From a virus (lineage: Duplodnaviria > Caudoviricetes): a stretch of 47,975 bases of DNA. This document shows positions 37,750-44,607 of the stretch, piece by piece. Below the pieces are notes generated by a model. That model worked only from the letters and a program-made list of their open reading frames with translations. It was not told the origin of the DNA and did no database searches. The stretch is taken from positions 1 through 47,975 of IMG/VR virus record IMGVR_UViG_3300025276_000050; one strand, written 5' to 3'. The position numbers and the translations under genes were made by a program. Position 1 is the first letter of the stretch, and the number at the start of each line of letters is the position of its first letter.

Positions 37750-38388
37750 TTACTTAACTCCTAGTTCACGTTCTAATAATTTAAAGAAATAACTCTGGCA
37801 CTCACTGCCTACTGGAGTTATCTCAGGGTGTGGTTGAAAACACAATACATTATACTGTTGATAGGTTACAACCTCAATGTCTAAATCAGGGTAAGCCCTC
37901 TCTACCTTGTTCTCATGCCCTCCAATCATGCTATATCTAACAGTTGATAGGTCAGCTGTGCCGATGATAGTTGCTTCTTCATTAGGTCGCATCATCTGGT
38001 GGTGTGTACTGGTACACTCAAACATCTCGCCTGATATGTCATCACGTACTGGATGAGTACCTCTCATTGCGTGATTGTCAACGTGTTGCCACATACTACC
38101 GCCAGACATTACATTAAGGAACTGTGACCCTCTACAGATACCCACCATAGGTATATCATTGTCCATAGCTGTATCCCATACATCAACGTCAGACTTATCA
38201 CGTCTCATATGGCTCTGTGTGTACTTGTGAGGCAATTCCCCATACATACTAGGGGATACATCAGCACCCCCTGTAAAACACACCAGATCAGCCTCTATGG
38301 GGTTATTAGTTATATCAAAGCCATTGTCAAGGAACAACGCTTCATACACCCTTGAACTCTCTGCTATATACACTTTACTCATAGTCAT
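37750..38388 (-). CDS. Class I glutamine amidotransferase / peptidase C26 (gamma-glutamyl hydrolase-like)
   Basis: FTGGADVSP..YG, GICRGSQ.LNV..GG, STHHQ and FQPHPE motifs give the Cys-His-Glu triad. Confidence 0.88.
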   Translation of the reverse strand: MTMSKVYIAESSRVYEALFLDNGFDITNNPIEADLVCFTGGADVSPSMYGELPHKYTQSHMRRDKSDVDVWDTAMDNDIPMVGICRGSQFLNVMSGGSMWQHVDNHAMRGTHPVRDDISGEMFECTSTHHQMMRPNEEATIIGTADLSTVRYSMIGGHENKVERAYPDLDIEVVTYQQYNVLCFQPHPEITPVGSECQSYFFKLLERELGVK

Positions 38389-39265
38389 ACCCCATTACCT
38401 CGTATAAAGCCTTCTCAAAAACCTCAGGTTTAATAAATAATTCCGTAGAACCTCTCCCAAAAACATTCTTTACCGCCTGTGCATTGCATACTTCAGTGAT
38501 TCTGCGTTGTAAATGACTCCATAAAGAACCCTTATCACCTCTAAGCCAGAACCTTTGAACAGCACCCACTTCATCTCCCCCTGTAGCAGGGCTGTGGAGG
38601 AAAGTGCTGTAAAAAAGAGAGCTTGGTGCCTCCCCTCTTAGTATGCAATCTAACCCTAACATAGTTGTAGCTCTAGGACACATTACATTGTGGTTTTGAT
38701 TCCACAAGCCTAAAGACCACACCCACTTATCATCTTTTTTGTACATATTATGAGCCGCAAACCAAGCTACGTTCTCGTTAAACCCATGATTATCTACTAA
38801 ATCATACATAGCCTCAAGTATTCTAGGGTATTCCCTAATAGTTCTCATAGCGATTAACGCACCTTGAAACAAACCTGTAGTTCTGTTGTTCATAGGTACA
38901 ACTACCTGTAGGAAATCCTTTTCTCCATCTGTGTAAGTACGTACATCACTGCCGATAAGATTTTCTGAGTATACACTCTCCTTAACAAGCCAATCAATGA
39001 AACGATCAGTGTTTGCGTACCTAATCTCGAATAAGGTGAAGAACGAATACAAAACCCCAAGTGTCTCATACTTCAAGCGATTCATAGGCGCATTGCATAT
39101 CCAACCCGCTGAATTATCGTCTATAACCTCAACCCTAGCGTTCTGTACTCCGTATTCATACCTTTGTTTAAGCACAGCATAGTGACTAGGCTTAGCTACG
39201 TCCATCTGTTTAATAGAAGACATAGCTTTACTTCTTAGATGGTCAATAGTATCGTCAAAATTCAT
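38375..39265 (-). CDS. Hypothetical protein heading the amidoligase cluster
   Basis: 296-aa ORF with GAGG RBS, overlapping the next gene. Confidence 0.75.
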   Translation of the reverse strand: MNFDDTIDHLRSKAMSSIKQMDVAKPSHYAVLKQRYEYGVQNARVEVIDDNSAGWICNAPMNRLKYETLGVLYSFFTLFEIRYANTDRFIDWLVKESVYSENLIGSDVRTYTDGEKDFLQVVVPMNNRTTGLFQGALIAMRTIREYPRILEAMYDLVDNHGFNENVAWFAAHNMYKKDDKWVWSLGLWNQNHNVMCPRATTMLGLDCILRGEAPSSLFYSTFLHSPATGGDEVGAVQRFWLRGDKGSLWSHLQRRITEVCNAQAVKNVFGRGSTELFIKPEVFEKALYEVMGYDYE

Positions 39266-39281
39266 GTTTATACCTCTGTTT

Positions 39282-39310
39282 TGTTAGAAATCCCAATAAA
39301 AGCTATTATT
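39282..39310 (+). promoter_or_regulatory. Phage-specific motif TGTTAGA-N15-TATTATT (copy antisense to the early arm)
   Basis: Same boxes and spacing as at 11881 and 42194. Also shares the downstream CTAAGTAGTAGTCCAG with the 11881 copy. Confidence 0.65.
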
Positions 39311-39314
39311 CTAA

Positions 39315-39480
39315 GTAGTAGTCCAGACGAAGCCCCTAGTAGTAAATATAGTAGTCTAGAATACCTTAGAATAGTTAAGTAGTAGTCATTGTTTATTATC
39401 TAATGTTATATGGATAATAACAATGTAGTAGTCAAGCAGTAGTCATTGTTTTTATTTATTGTTTATAAAACAATGTAGTG
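39315..39480. repeat. AT-rich region with iterated (T/C)AGTAGTC and two CATTGTT...AACAATG inverted repeats (candidate origin or ncRNA)
   Basis: Five AGTAGTC units; inverted repeats at 39387-39425 and 39444-39475; no long ORF in the track. Confidence 0.7.
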
Positions 39481-39503
39481 GCTAGTGCAATGATGATAGT
39501 TGC

Positions 39504-39584
39504 TTAACTAGTCATCACAATAATTGTACAAACCTGTACTACACTTATAAGTATAAGAATCGTTATAATATCTTCCCCTTTCAT
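39504..39584 (-). CDS. Micro-protein with one hydrophobic helix (26 aa, MKGEDIITILILISVVQVCTIIVMTS)
   Basis: GAGGGG RBS 5 nt before the ATG; on the coding strand of the early arm. Confidence 0.5.
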   Translation of the reverse strand: MKGEDIITILILISVVQVCTIIVMTS

Positions 39585-39687
39585 AGAGTCCCCTCAGCTC
39601 GTGTCAGAGCCATTTAAGTACACACCTATACATAGGCACAAGAAAATCCCGTAAAGCTCTGAGAGAGCCTTACAGGAGCATATAGAG

Positions 39688-39774
39688 CTAGTCAAACATA
39701 CCATACAGTAATGTACACATACCTATAACCAATATAAGTAATACAAACATATCAATCGTTGTTAAATCAAACAT
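39688..39774 (-). CDS. Micro-protein with one hydrophobic helix (28 aa, MFDLTTIDMFVLLILVIGMCTLLYGMFD)
   Basis: AAGGGG RBS; the start overlaps the end of the upstream 64-aa gene. Confidence 0.55.
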   Translation of the reverse strand: MFDLTTIDMFVLLILVIGMCTLLYGMFD

Positions 39775-39961
39775 TGCAATCCCCTTTAATTTTATACCCT
39801 TTGAACCCTGCCAACCCATGCTGACTAGCCAGCTCCATATAACGGATGTAAGGACGATAACGCATTGAAGCGTGATGATATACGCAATCAAGCTTACGCT
39901 TATACGCATGAATCACCTTAGTTTTAGAATTCTTGATTAGATAAACAGTATGTTTAGCCAT
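39767..39961 (-). CDS. Early hypothetical protein (64 aa, basic)
   Basis: GGAG RBS; on the early-arm strand. Confidence 0.65.
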   Translation of the reverse strand: MAKHTVYLIKNSKTKVIHAYKRKLDCVYHHASMRYRPYIRYMELASQHGLAGFKGYKIKGDCNV

Positions 39962-40006
39962 GTTATTTACTCCAGTTTAAAATAGAAAGAATGAAAGAGT
40001 GCGTAT

Positions 40007-40093
40007 TTAACACATTGTTGCCTGAATATTATAAGCCATACCAATGCAAAAACACCACAATACAATAGAAATATAGACTACACTCGCCCTCAT
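40007..40093 (-). CDS. Micro-protein with hydrophobic helix (28 aa, MRASVVYISIVLWCFCIGMAYNIQATMC)
   Basis: ATGA start/stop overlap with the upstream gene and a GGAGG RBS. Confidence 0.5.
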   Translation of the reverse strand: MRASVVYISIVLWCFCIGMAYNIQATMC

Positions 40094-40314
40094 GCTATAC
40101 CCTCCACAATGTGAGCCAGTTTGTCACACTCCCGCTTAGCCTCTTTAACAGTCCTAAGACCTGCCTTAAGGAGCGTTTCGCCATAGTATATGTGACGGTA
40201 TCCCGAACCACTAGAACGCAGTGAGAAGCCCCTATAAAGAGCTGAGGGGCGTGATGATAGTACATTCCCTTGCTTATTACGCTTGACAATAGTACGTGAC
40301 GCTTTGATAGACAT
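40090..40314 (-). CDS. Early hypothetical protein (74 aa, basic)
   Basis: AAAGG RBS; follows an intergenic hairpin. Confidence 0.68.
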   Translation of the reverse strand: MSIKASRTIVKRNKQGNVLSSRPSALYRGFSLRSSGSGYRHIYYGETLLKAGLRTVKEAKRECDKLAHIVEGIA

Positions 40315-40342
40315 AGTAATACCTTTTCTTTACAGTGAATTG

Positions 40343-40396
40343 AATAACATATAATAATATACCCTAGCTAGGCTAAGGCATACTATATAGGCTATT
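40343..40396 (-). other. Long intergenic RNA hairpin (RNase III-like processing site candidate)
   Basis: On the - strand, TAGTATGCCTTAGC-CTA-GCTAGGGTATATTA forms 14 bp with 3 G-U pairs, extended by TATA/TATA and AATAGC/GTTATT. Confidence 0.6.
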
Positions 40397-40398
40397 GA

Positions 40399-40989
40399 TT
40401 AAGCAGCTATATTCTGAGCTGCCTTCTCCATTGCGGCCTCATCATCTTCCGCTTCATTAGCGGCAAAGTCAGCCATGAATCCAACGATATCATCTAACTC
40501 AATACCTTCTGTAGATACTACACTCTTAAGCACATCACGCACCGATAAAGGTTCATATCCTTTCTTTTCATTACCCTTTAAGGCAGATTTGATAGCCTTA
40601 GCTATATCCTCACCATAGTTTTTAACCTTTACTTCCAAGTTATCATTAGCCCAACTCCAGATGTTGTTATCACCACCTTCCAACCAAGCCAAGCTATCTG
40701 CCACTTTAGCATCATATCTTGCCTGATTTTTGAGCTGCTCTCCGAACTCAGTACCATTAAATAGGAATGGTAGAAAGTGTTCAAAGTATAACTCAGCCGC
40801 TTGCCTATTTTGTGGTGTCAATACGTTTAACAAGCGATTGACTGTAGCAATATCCTTGCTATCCTCTACCACAATGTAGTTGATGATAGTTCTAGACAAC
40901 TCGCCTAAGGTAGACTTAGTTACCTTCTCAGCTTGTGCCAATACTTCAATGGACGCAAGAATGCTTACTTTCATAGTTTCAATAGTCAT
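40399..40989 (-). CDS. Early hypothetical protein (196 aa)
   Basis: AAGGA RBS; largest ORF directly downstream of the early promoters. Confidence 0.8.
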   Translation of the reverse strand: MTIETMKVSILASIEVLAQAEKVTKSTLGELSRTIINYIVVEDSKDIATVNRLLNVLTPQNRQAAELYFEHFLPFLFNGTEFGEQLKNQARYDAKVADSLAWLEGGDNNIWSWANDNLEVKVKNYGEDIAKAIKSALKGNEKKGYEPLSVRDVLKSVVSTEGIELDDIVGFMADFAANEAEDDEAAMEKAAQNIAA

Positions 40990-41013
40990 AATAATAATAT
41001 CCTTTAGATTAAA

Positions 41014-41061
41014 TGATTAGTGTTATGTTCACTCGATATTGAGTAAGCATAATTCTAATCA
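41014..41061 (-). other. Long RNA hairpin with internal loops upstream of the 196-aa gene (RNase III-like site candidate)
   Basis: On the - strand, stacked stems TGATTAG/CTAATCA, TTATG/CATAA and TTACTC/GAGTGA. Confidence 0.55.
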
Positions 41062-41271
41062 CTTAGTGAGATTCCCGTATCGGCCTATGTTTGCTAGGAT
41101 TGATAGCGGTATAGGGGATTGGCAATTCAATGCCTATCTCATAAGTGTAAAAACGCAATAGCTCAATGGTGCTGGATGCCAGTTGCTCACTATAGGTTTA
41201 AAGTGTAGTTGTTTACACTGAATAGTTAAAGTGATTCCACACTGACTAGACTGTATAGACTGGCTTTGAAC

Positions 41272-41424
41272 CTATCCATCAATACCCTTTGTTACTTGCC
41301 CACTCAATACGGTAATACTTTCCAGTAAGCGCCCTAGCACTATTACCTTGTCAGTATTACTAATGAGTATCTTAGTGAATCCACGAACCGTATCATCAAA
41401 GGTATATCTAAAATCGACATACAT
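41272..41424 (-). CDS. Candidate first early gene (50 aa, MYVDFRYTFDDTVRGFTKILIS...), not in the ORF track
   Basis: Open frame about 60 nt downstream of the proximal sigma70 promoter, with a weak GAGAG RBS. Confidence 0.45.
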   Translation of the reverse strand: MYVDFRYTFDDTVRGFTKILISNTDKVIVLGRLLESITVLSGQVTKGIDG

Positions 41425-41490
41425 CTACTCTCAATTGATAGCCAGCTCCACGTGTTGCTGTGGTCTATGCGTCTATCTCAATTGCCAAAC

Positions 41491-41519
41491 ATCTTACCAA
41501 TTACCTTAGTGCCTGTCAA
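41491..41519 (-). promoter_or_regulatory. Host sigma70 early promoter P1
   Basis: TTGACA-17 nt-TAAGAT with an extended -10 TG. Confidence 0.85.
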
Positions 41520-41615
41520 GTCTATCAGTAGGTTTAAAGACTGCTTAACGGCGTCACTCGGCTACTGTAGTACTCTATTGGGAGGGCCGTTCGGCTAATC
41601 TCTCAACTTGGACAT

Positions 41616-41644
41616 ATGGTCTCATACTTAAGATCGTATGTCAA
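41616..41644 (-). promoter_or_regulatory. Host sigma70 early promoter P2
   Basis: TTGACA-17 nt-GACCAT with extended TG. Confidence 0.65.
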
Positions 41645-41764
41645 CACCCTGTTAAATATTCCTTGAAAGTGGATGTTTACCGTAGTCCCCTACTTAGTAC
41701 CAGCCTGCCTTACTACGCTATTGCGAGCAAGGATCTTACAAAGCTGTTTATTCAAGTTGCAGCT

Positions 41765-41793
41765 ATTAGATCACATATAGCAGGATAGTGCAA
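41765..41793 (-). promoter_or_regulatory. Host sigma70 early promoter P3
   Basis: TTGCAC-17 nt-TCTAAT with extended TG. Confidence 0.65.
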
Positions 41794-41881
41794 CCCCTAT
41801 GTGATGGGGTTTATCAGTCCATTGTTTTGCCTATATAGAGGGAAGAGTCACCTTGACGGAGTCGTCTTGTTTCCCCCCAAA

Positions 41882-41894
41882 AATCAACGACTTA
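41882..41894 (+). promoter_or_regulatory. IHF consensus site
   Basis: AATCAA-CGAC-TTA is a perfect match to WATCAANNNNTTR, in the non-coding divergent region. Confidence 0.5.
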
Positions 41895-41928
41895 GGCAGC
41901 ATTCAGGCAATGGATGTTGGCACGATAG

Positions 41929-41957
41929 TGCCTAGCACATAAAAACAAGCCCGTCAA
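41929..41957 (-). promoter_or_regulatory. Possible outermost sigma70 early promoter P4
   Basis: TTGACG-17 nt-TAGGCA with extended TG. The -10 box lacks the conserved final T. Confidence 0.45.
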
Positions 41958-41959
41958 CA

Positions 41960-41975
41960 CTGTACATCCGTACAG
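41960..41975. promoter_or_regulatory. LexA (SOS) box, gammaproteobacterial type
   Basis: CTGTACATCCGTACAG fits CTGT-N8-ACAG and differs at one base from the E. coli sulA operator core CTGTACATCCATACAG. Confidence 0.65.
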
Positions 41976-42193
41976 GTGGGCCCCAAGGGGGCATGGGGGC
42001 TTCTATCTGTGTGCATGACAACTTACAAATTTCTAGCACAAATTCTGACAATGGTTGTCTTAACGGTTGTCGGGCACGTCCTTGTGCGTCATGCCGAAGG
42101 CGTATAAGCTGTTAGCTCTTATCAGTAGTGGGCCTATAAGTGCATACTGAAGGTCAAGGTCAAGAGCACGCATAAGGTCAAAACACCTCTTTT

Positions 42194-42222
42194 TGTTAGA
42201 TTTACTTTTTAAAGCTATTATT
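42194..42222 (+). promoter_or_regulatory. Phage-specific motif TGTTAGA-N15-TATTATT at the head of the late (+) arm
   Basis: Same boxes and spacing as at 11881 and 39282, about 85 nt before the first + arm gene. Confidence 0.7.
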
Positions 42223-42307
42223 ACTATATATAAGGGGTTTGTTTACAAAGCCCTATATACAAACATTAAGAAAGTATTTAATATGAACCTTGTCGGAGAC
42301 TTATACA

Positions 42308-43042
42308 TTGAGTAAGATAATAGTTAACGATATCAATGGCAAGATTCAAATAGAGAAAGATGTAAACGAAAGATTTGATAGAGTAGCAAAAGAGCTTAAC
42401 GATAAAGTCTTGTATAGAGATAGTCCAACTGGTGAACCTAACCAGATGAAGAACGATCTTGATATGAACTTAAATCGTATTATAAACATTCCTGCTCCTG
42501 TCTCAGGTGACGACCCAGTACGACTAGACGATATTGAGAACTTTGGTAAACCCTATATTAAAAGAAGTGGGGATGAGATGGAAGGGCCTTTGTTTGTTAC
42601 AGGGGCAATAATTAATGCCTTCCAGGTTCCAAACAAGTTATATGTAGATAACAGTCCTGGCACTAAAGGGGATAAAGGGGAGCCTGGCTCTAGGGGGTTT
42701 CCTGGAAAAGATGGAAAAGACGGTGTTTCTCCTGAAAGTGTAGATGGTAAGAGTGCTTATCAGTCTTGGCTAGACCTAGGTAATACAGGAACAGAGCAAG
42801 ATTTTATAGACTCCCTCAAAGGGGGTAGCAGTACATTCTCTACCTTTATAACCCCTCCTGCCCTCACGTATGATGGTGGTACATTAAAAAGTATTGACTA
42901 TGGCAACGGGGTGAGTAAGGAATTTCAGTATGGAGTTAATGGTGTGTTGGAGTTTTTGTTGTTTACCTCTGAAGGTGTAACAACTACAAAAGAGTTTATT
43001 TATAATGCTGAAGGACAGCTTACCAGTATAGAGGAGACATAG
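42308..43042 (+). CDS. Tail fibre-like protein with N-terminal anchor domain and collagen-like repeat
   Basis: TTG at 42308 follows GGAG. KVLYRD.PTGEPNQM..DLDMN anchor, Gly-X-Y run GTKGDKGEPGSRGFPGKDGKDG, and GKSAYQSW...GNTGTEQDF motif. Confidence 0.75.
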   Translation: MSKIIVNDINGKIQIEKDVNERFDRVAKELNDKVLYRDSPTGEPNQMKNDLDMNLNRIINIPAPVSGDDPVRLDDIENFGKPYIKRSGDEMEGPLFVTGAIINAFQVPNKLYVDNSPGTKGDKGEPGSRGFPGKDGKDGVSPESVDGKSAYQSWLDLGNTGTEQDFIDSLKGGSSTFSTFITPPALTYDGGTLKSIDYGNGVSKEFQYGVNGVLEFLLFTSEGVTTTKEFIYNAEGQLTSIEET

Positions 43043-43043
43043 T

Positions 43044-44597
43044 ATGGCTTTTAACTTACCAACACAGCAAAACTTGCATACTTCAGCTTCCTCTAATAAT
43101 CGAGGGGTTATTGGTAGCGCTTCAAGTTTAGGTACAAAATCAGGTGGTAACTTACCTATCTCAACAAATGCATCACAAATTATAAATAGTACTGGTAGTA
43201 GTGCGACTGGTGCGCCTGCTGGCGTTTTCTTTGGTATGGATGGAAGTACATCTACCAGCACATACGATGCTACGCAAGAGGCCAGAGTGTTGTTATGGAG
43301 TTTGCAATACAATGCACCAAACAGAATACAGTCATCTAGTTTAGCAAATGGGGGTAGTAGATTTTGGTTAGGTAGTGGTGCAACACCCTCAGCAAACTAT
43401 AAAGAGTTTTTAATAGGCGGTAATGATACGCCTTTTTGTGCGTCACAGGCTGGCCCAGTGACAATGTGCATAGACATATCAGACAGCACAAACGATAACG
43501 TAATAGGGAGCTTTGACCCTACTCAAGTGTCAGCCTATGGTCATGCTTCTGTTAGACAGAATTTGGTAGGGGGATCTACTACACAAATTTATTTCCAGAG
43601 ATCGTTCCTTTTTACAACAACAAAAGGCTCATCTAATTTACCTACGTTTACAGGGGTATCTAATTTTGATGATGCTATTGCCAGAGTTCAAGGCGATAAC
43701 TACACAAATAAAATAGGCTCATGGTTAACTAAATCAGGCTCATCATTCTTTATACCTTGTCCTTTTTCTTTTGGTAACGGAACAGACCCTGTATCTTTTG
43801 ATGACCAAAGTGTATCGGTTGTATCGCCTGCTGGTAATAGTCCGAAGCAGGAAAACTTTAGAATCACAGATAACGCCATGCGTATTTACTTTGACCCAAG
43901 GGATAATGCGGCTGACTCAGTAACTCTATCGGGCGCATATGCTTGGGGTACTGCTGCTGCTTGGGATTTTGATATAAGCAACAACGCAGTGGCTACTCTT
44001 TCGGGTAACTTCTCAGGTATGGGCGAGTTCAAGCTTGGCTCATCCGTGACAGCAAATGGTAATTTTAATTTAGCTACAGGTAACTCAGTAGTATCTGAAG
44101 GGGCTAACCTTAACGGTATAACAGTTACAGGCGACCTTAGTTTAGTGGGCAACAGTGTTACAGTGTTCACAGGTATAAGTGTTACAGGTGCTTTGGATTT
44201 TGATACAGCAGGTACTTACGAGATAGTAAATTCTGTAGTAAATGAAGTTACTAATTCTTCGGGCGGTACAGTAGATTTGATACTTACCAATTCAGCCGTA
44301 ACTACAAACACAGGGCCAAGTATAAACTTACTAGCTCCCCCAACAACTCTTACAGTTGCATTAAATGTGACTGGAGCAGATGTAGTAATACTAGCGGCAG
44401 GTACTAACACAGTGTTAGCCGATGTCGATGCTCAATCAGGTACTGACTTTGTATGGGAATACACAGGCAGTCAGACGGTTGACATAGGCGTTATAAAAGC
44501 GGGCTATAAGATATTTTATACTTATGGCTATTCACTCACAGGCTCAAACCAACAACTCCCAGTTAGTCTACTAGTTGATAGAGACTACAACACATAG
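43044..44597 (+). CDS. Gly/Ser/Thr-rich virion appendage protein (517 aa)
   Basis: GAGGAG RBS; beta-rich composition with a beta-helix-like C-terminal half; lies among fibre genes. Confidence 0.6.
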   Translation: MAFNLPTQQNLHTSASSNNRGVIGSASSLGTKSGGNLPISTNASQIINSTGSSATGAPAGVFFGMDGSTSTSTYDATQEARVLLWSLQYNAPNRIQSSSLANGGSRFWLGSGATPSANYKEFLIGGNDTPFCASQAGPVTMCIDISDSTNDNVIGSFDPTQVSAYGHASVRQNLVGGSTTQIYFQRSFLFTTTKGSSNLPTFTGVSNFDDAIARVQGDNYTNKIGSWLTKSGSSFFIPCPFSFGNGTDPVSFDDQSVSVVSPAGNSPKQENFRITDNAMRIYFDPRDNAADSVTLSGAYAWGTAAAWDFDISNNAVATLSGNFSGMGEFKLGSSVTANGNFNLATGNSVVSEGANLNGITVTGDLSLVGNSVTVFTGISVTGALDFDTAGTYEIVNSVVNEVTNSSGGTVDLILTNSAVTTNTGPSINLLAPPTTLTVALNVTGADVVILAAGTNTVLADVDAQSGTDFVWEYTGSQTVDIGVIKAGYKIFYTYGYSLTGSNQQLPVSLLVDRDYNT

Positions 44598-44607
44598 GAA
44601 ATAAATA

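Noticed and set aside
39300-39510. CRISPR-like array
   Set aside because: Repeats are only 7-9 nt with irregular spacing, and no cas genes are present.
39688-39909. 73-aa ORF as given in the track
   Set aside because: Its first 45 codons overlap the 64-aa gene and lack an RBS. The RBS-supported start at 39774 gives a 28-aa peptide.
41155-41230. tRNA gene suggested by TAGCTCAATGGT
   Set aside because: The D-stem is not completed, and there is no GTTCRA T-loop or acceptor stem.
41918-41933. Sigma-54 promoter (TGGCACGATAGTGCC)
   Set aside because: GG-to-GC spacing is 9 nt rather than the required 10; it reads better as a simple palindrome.
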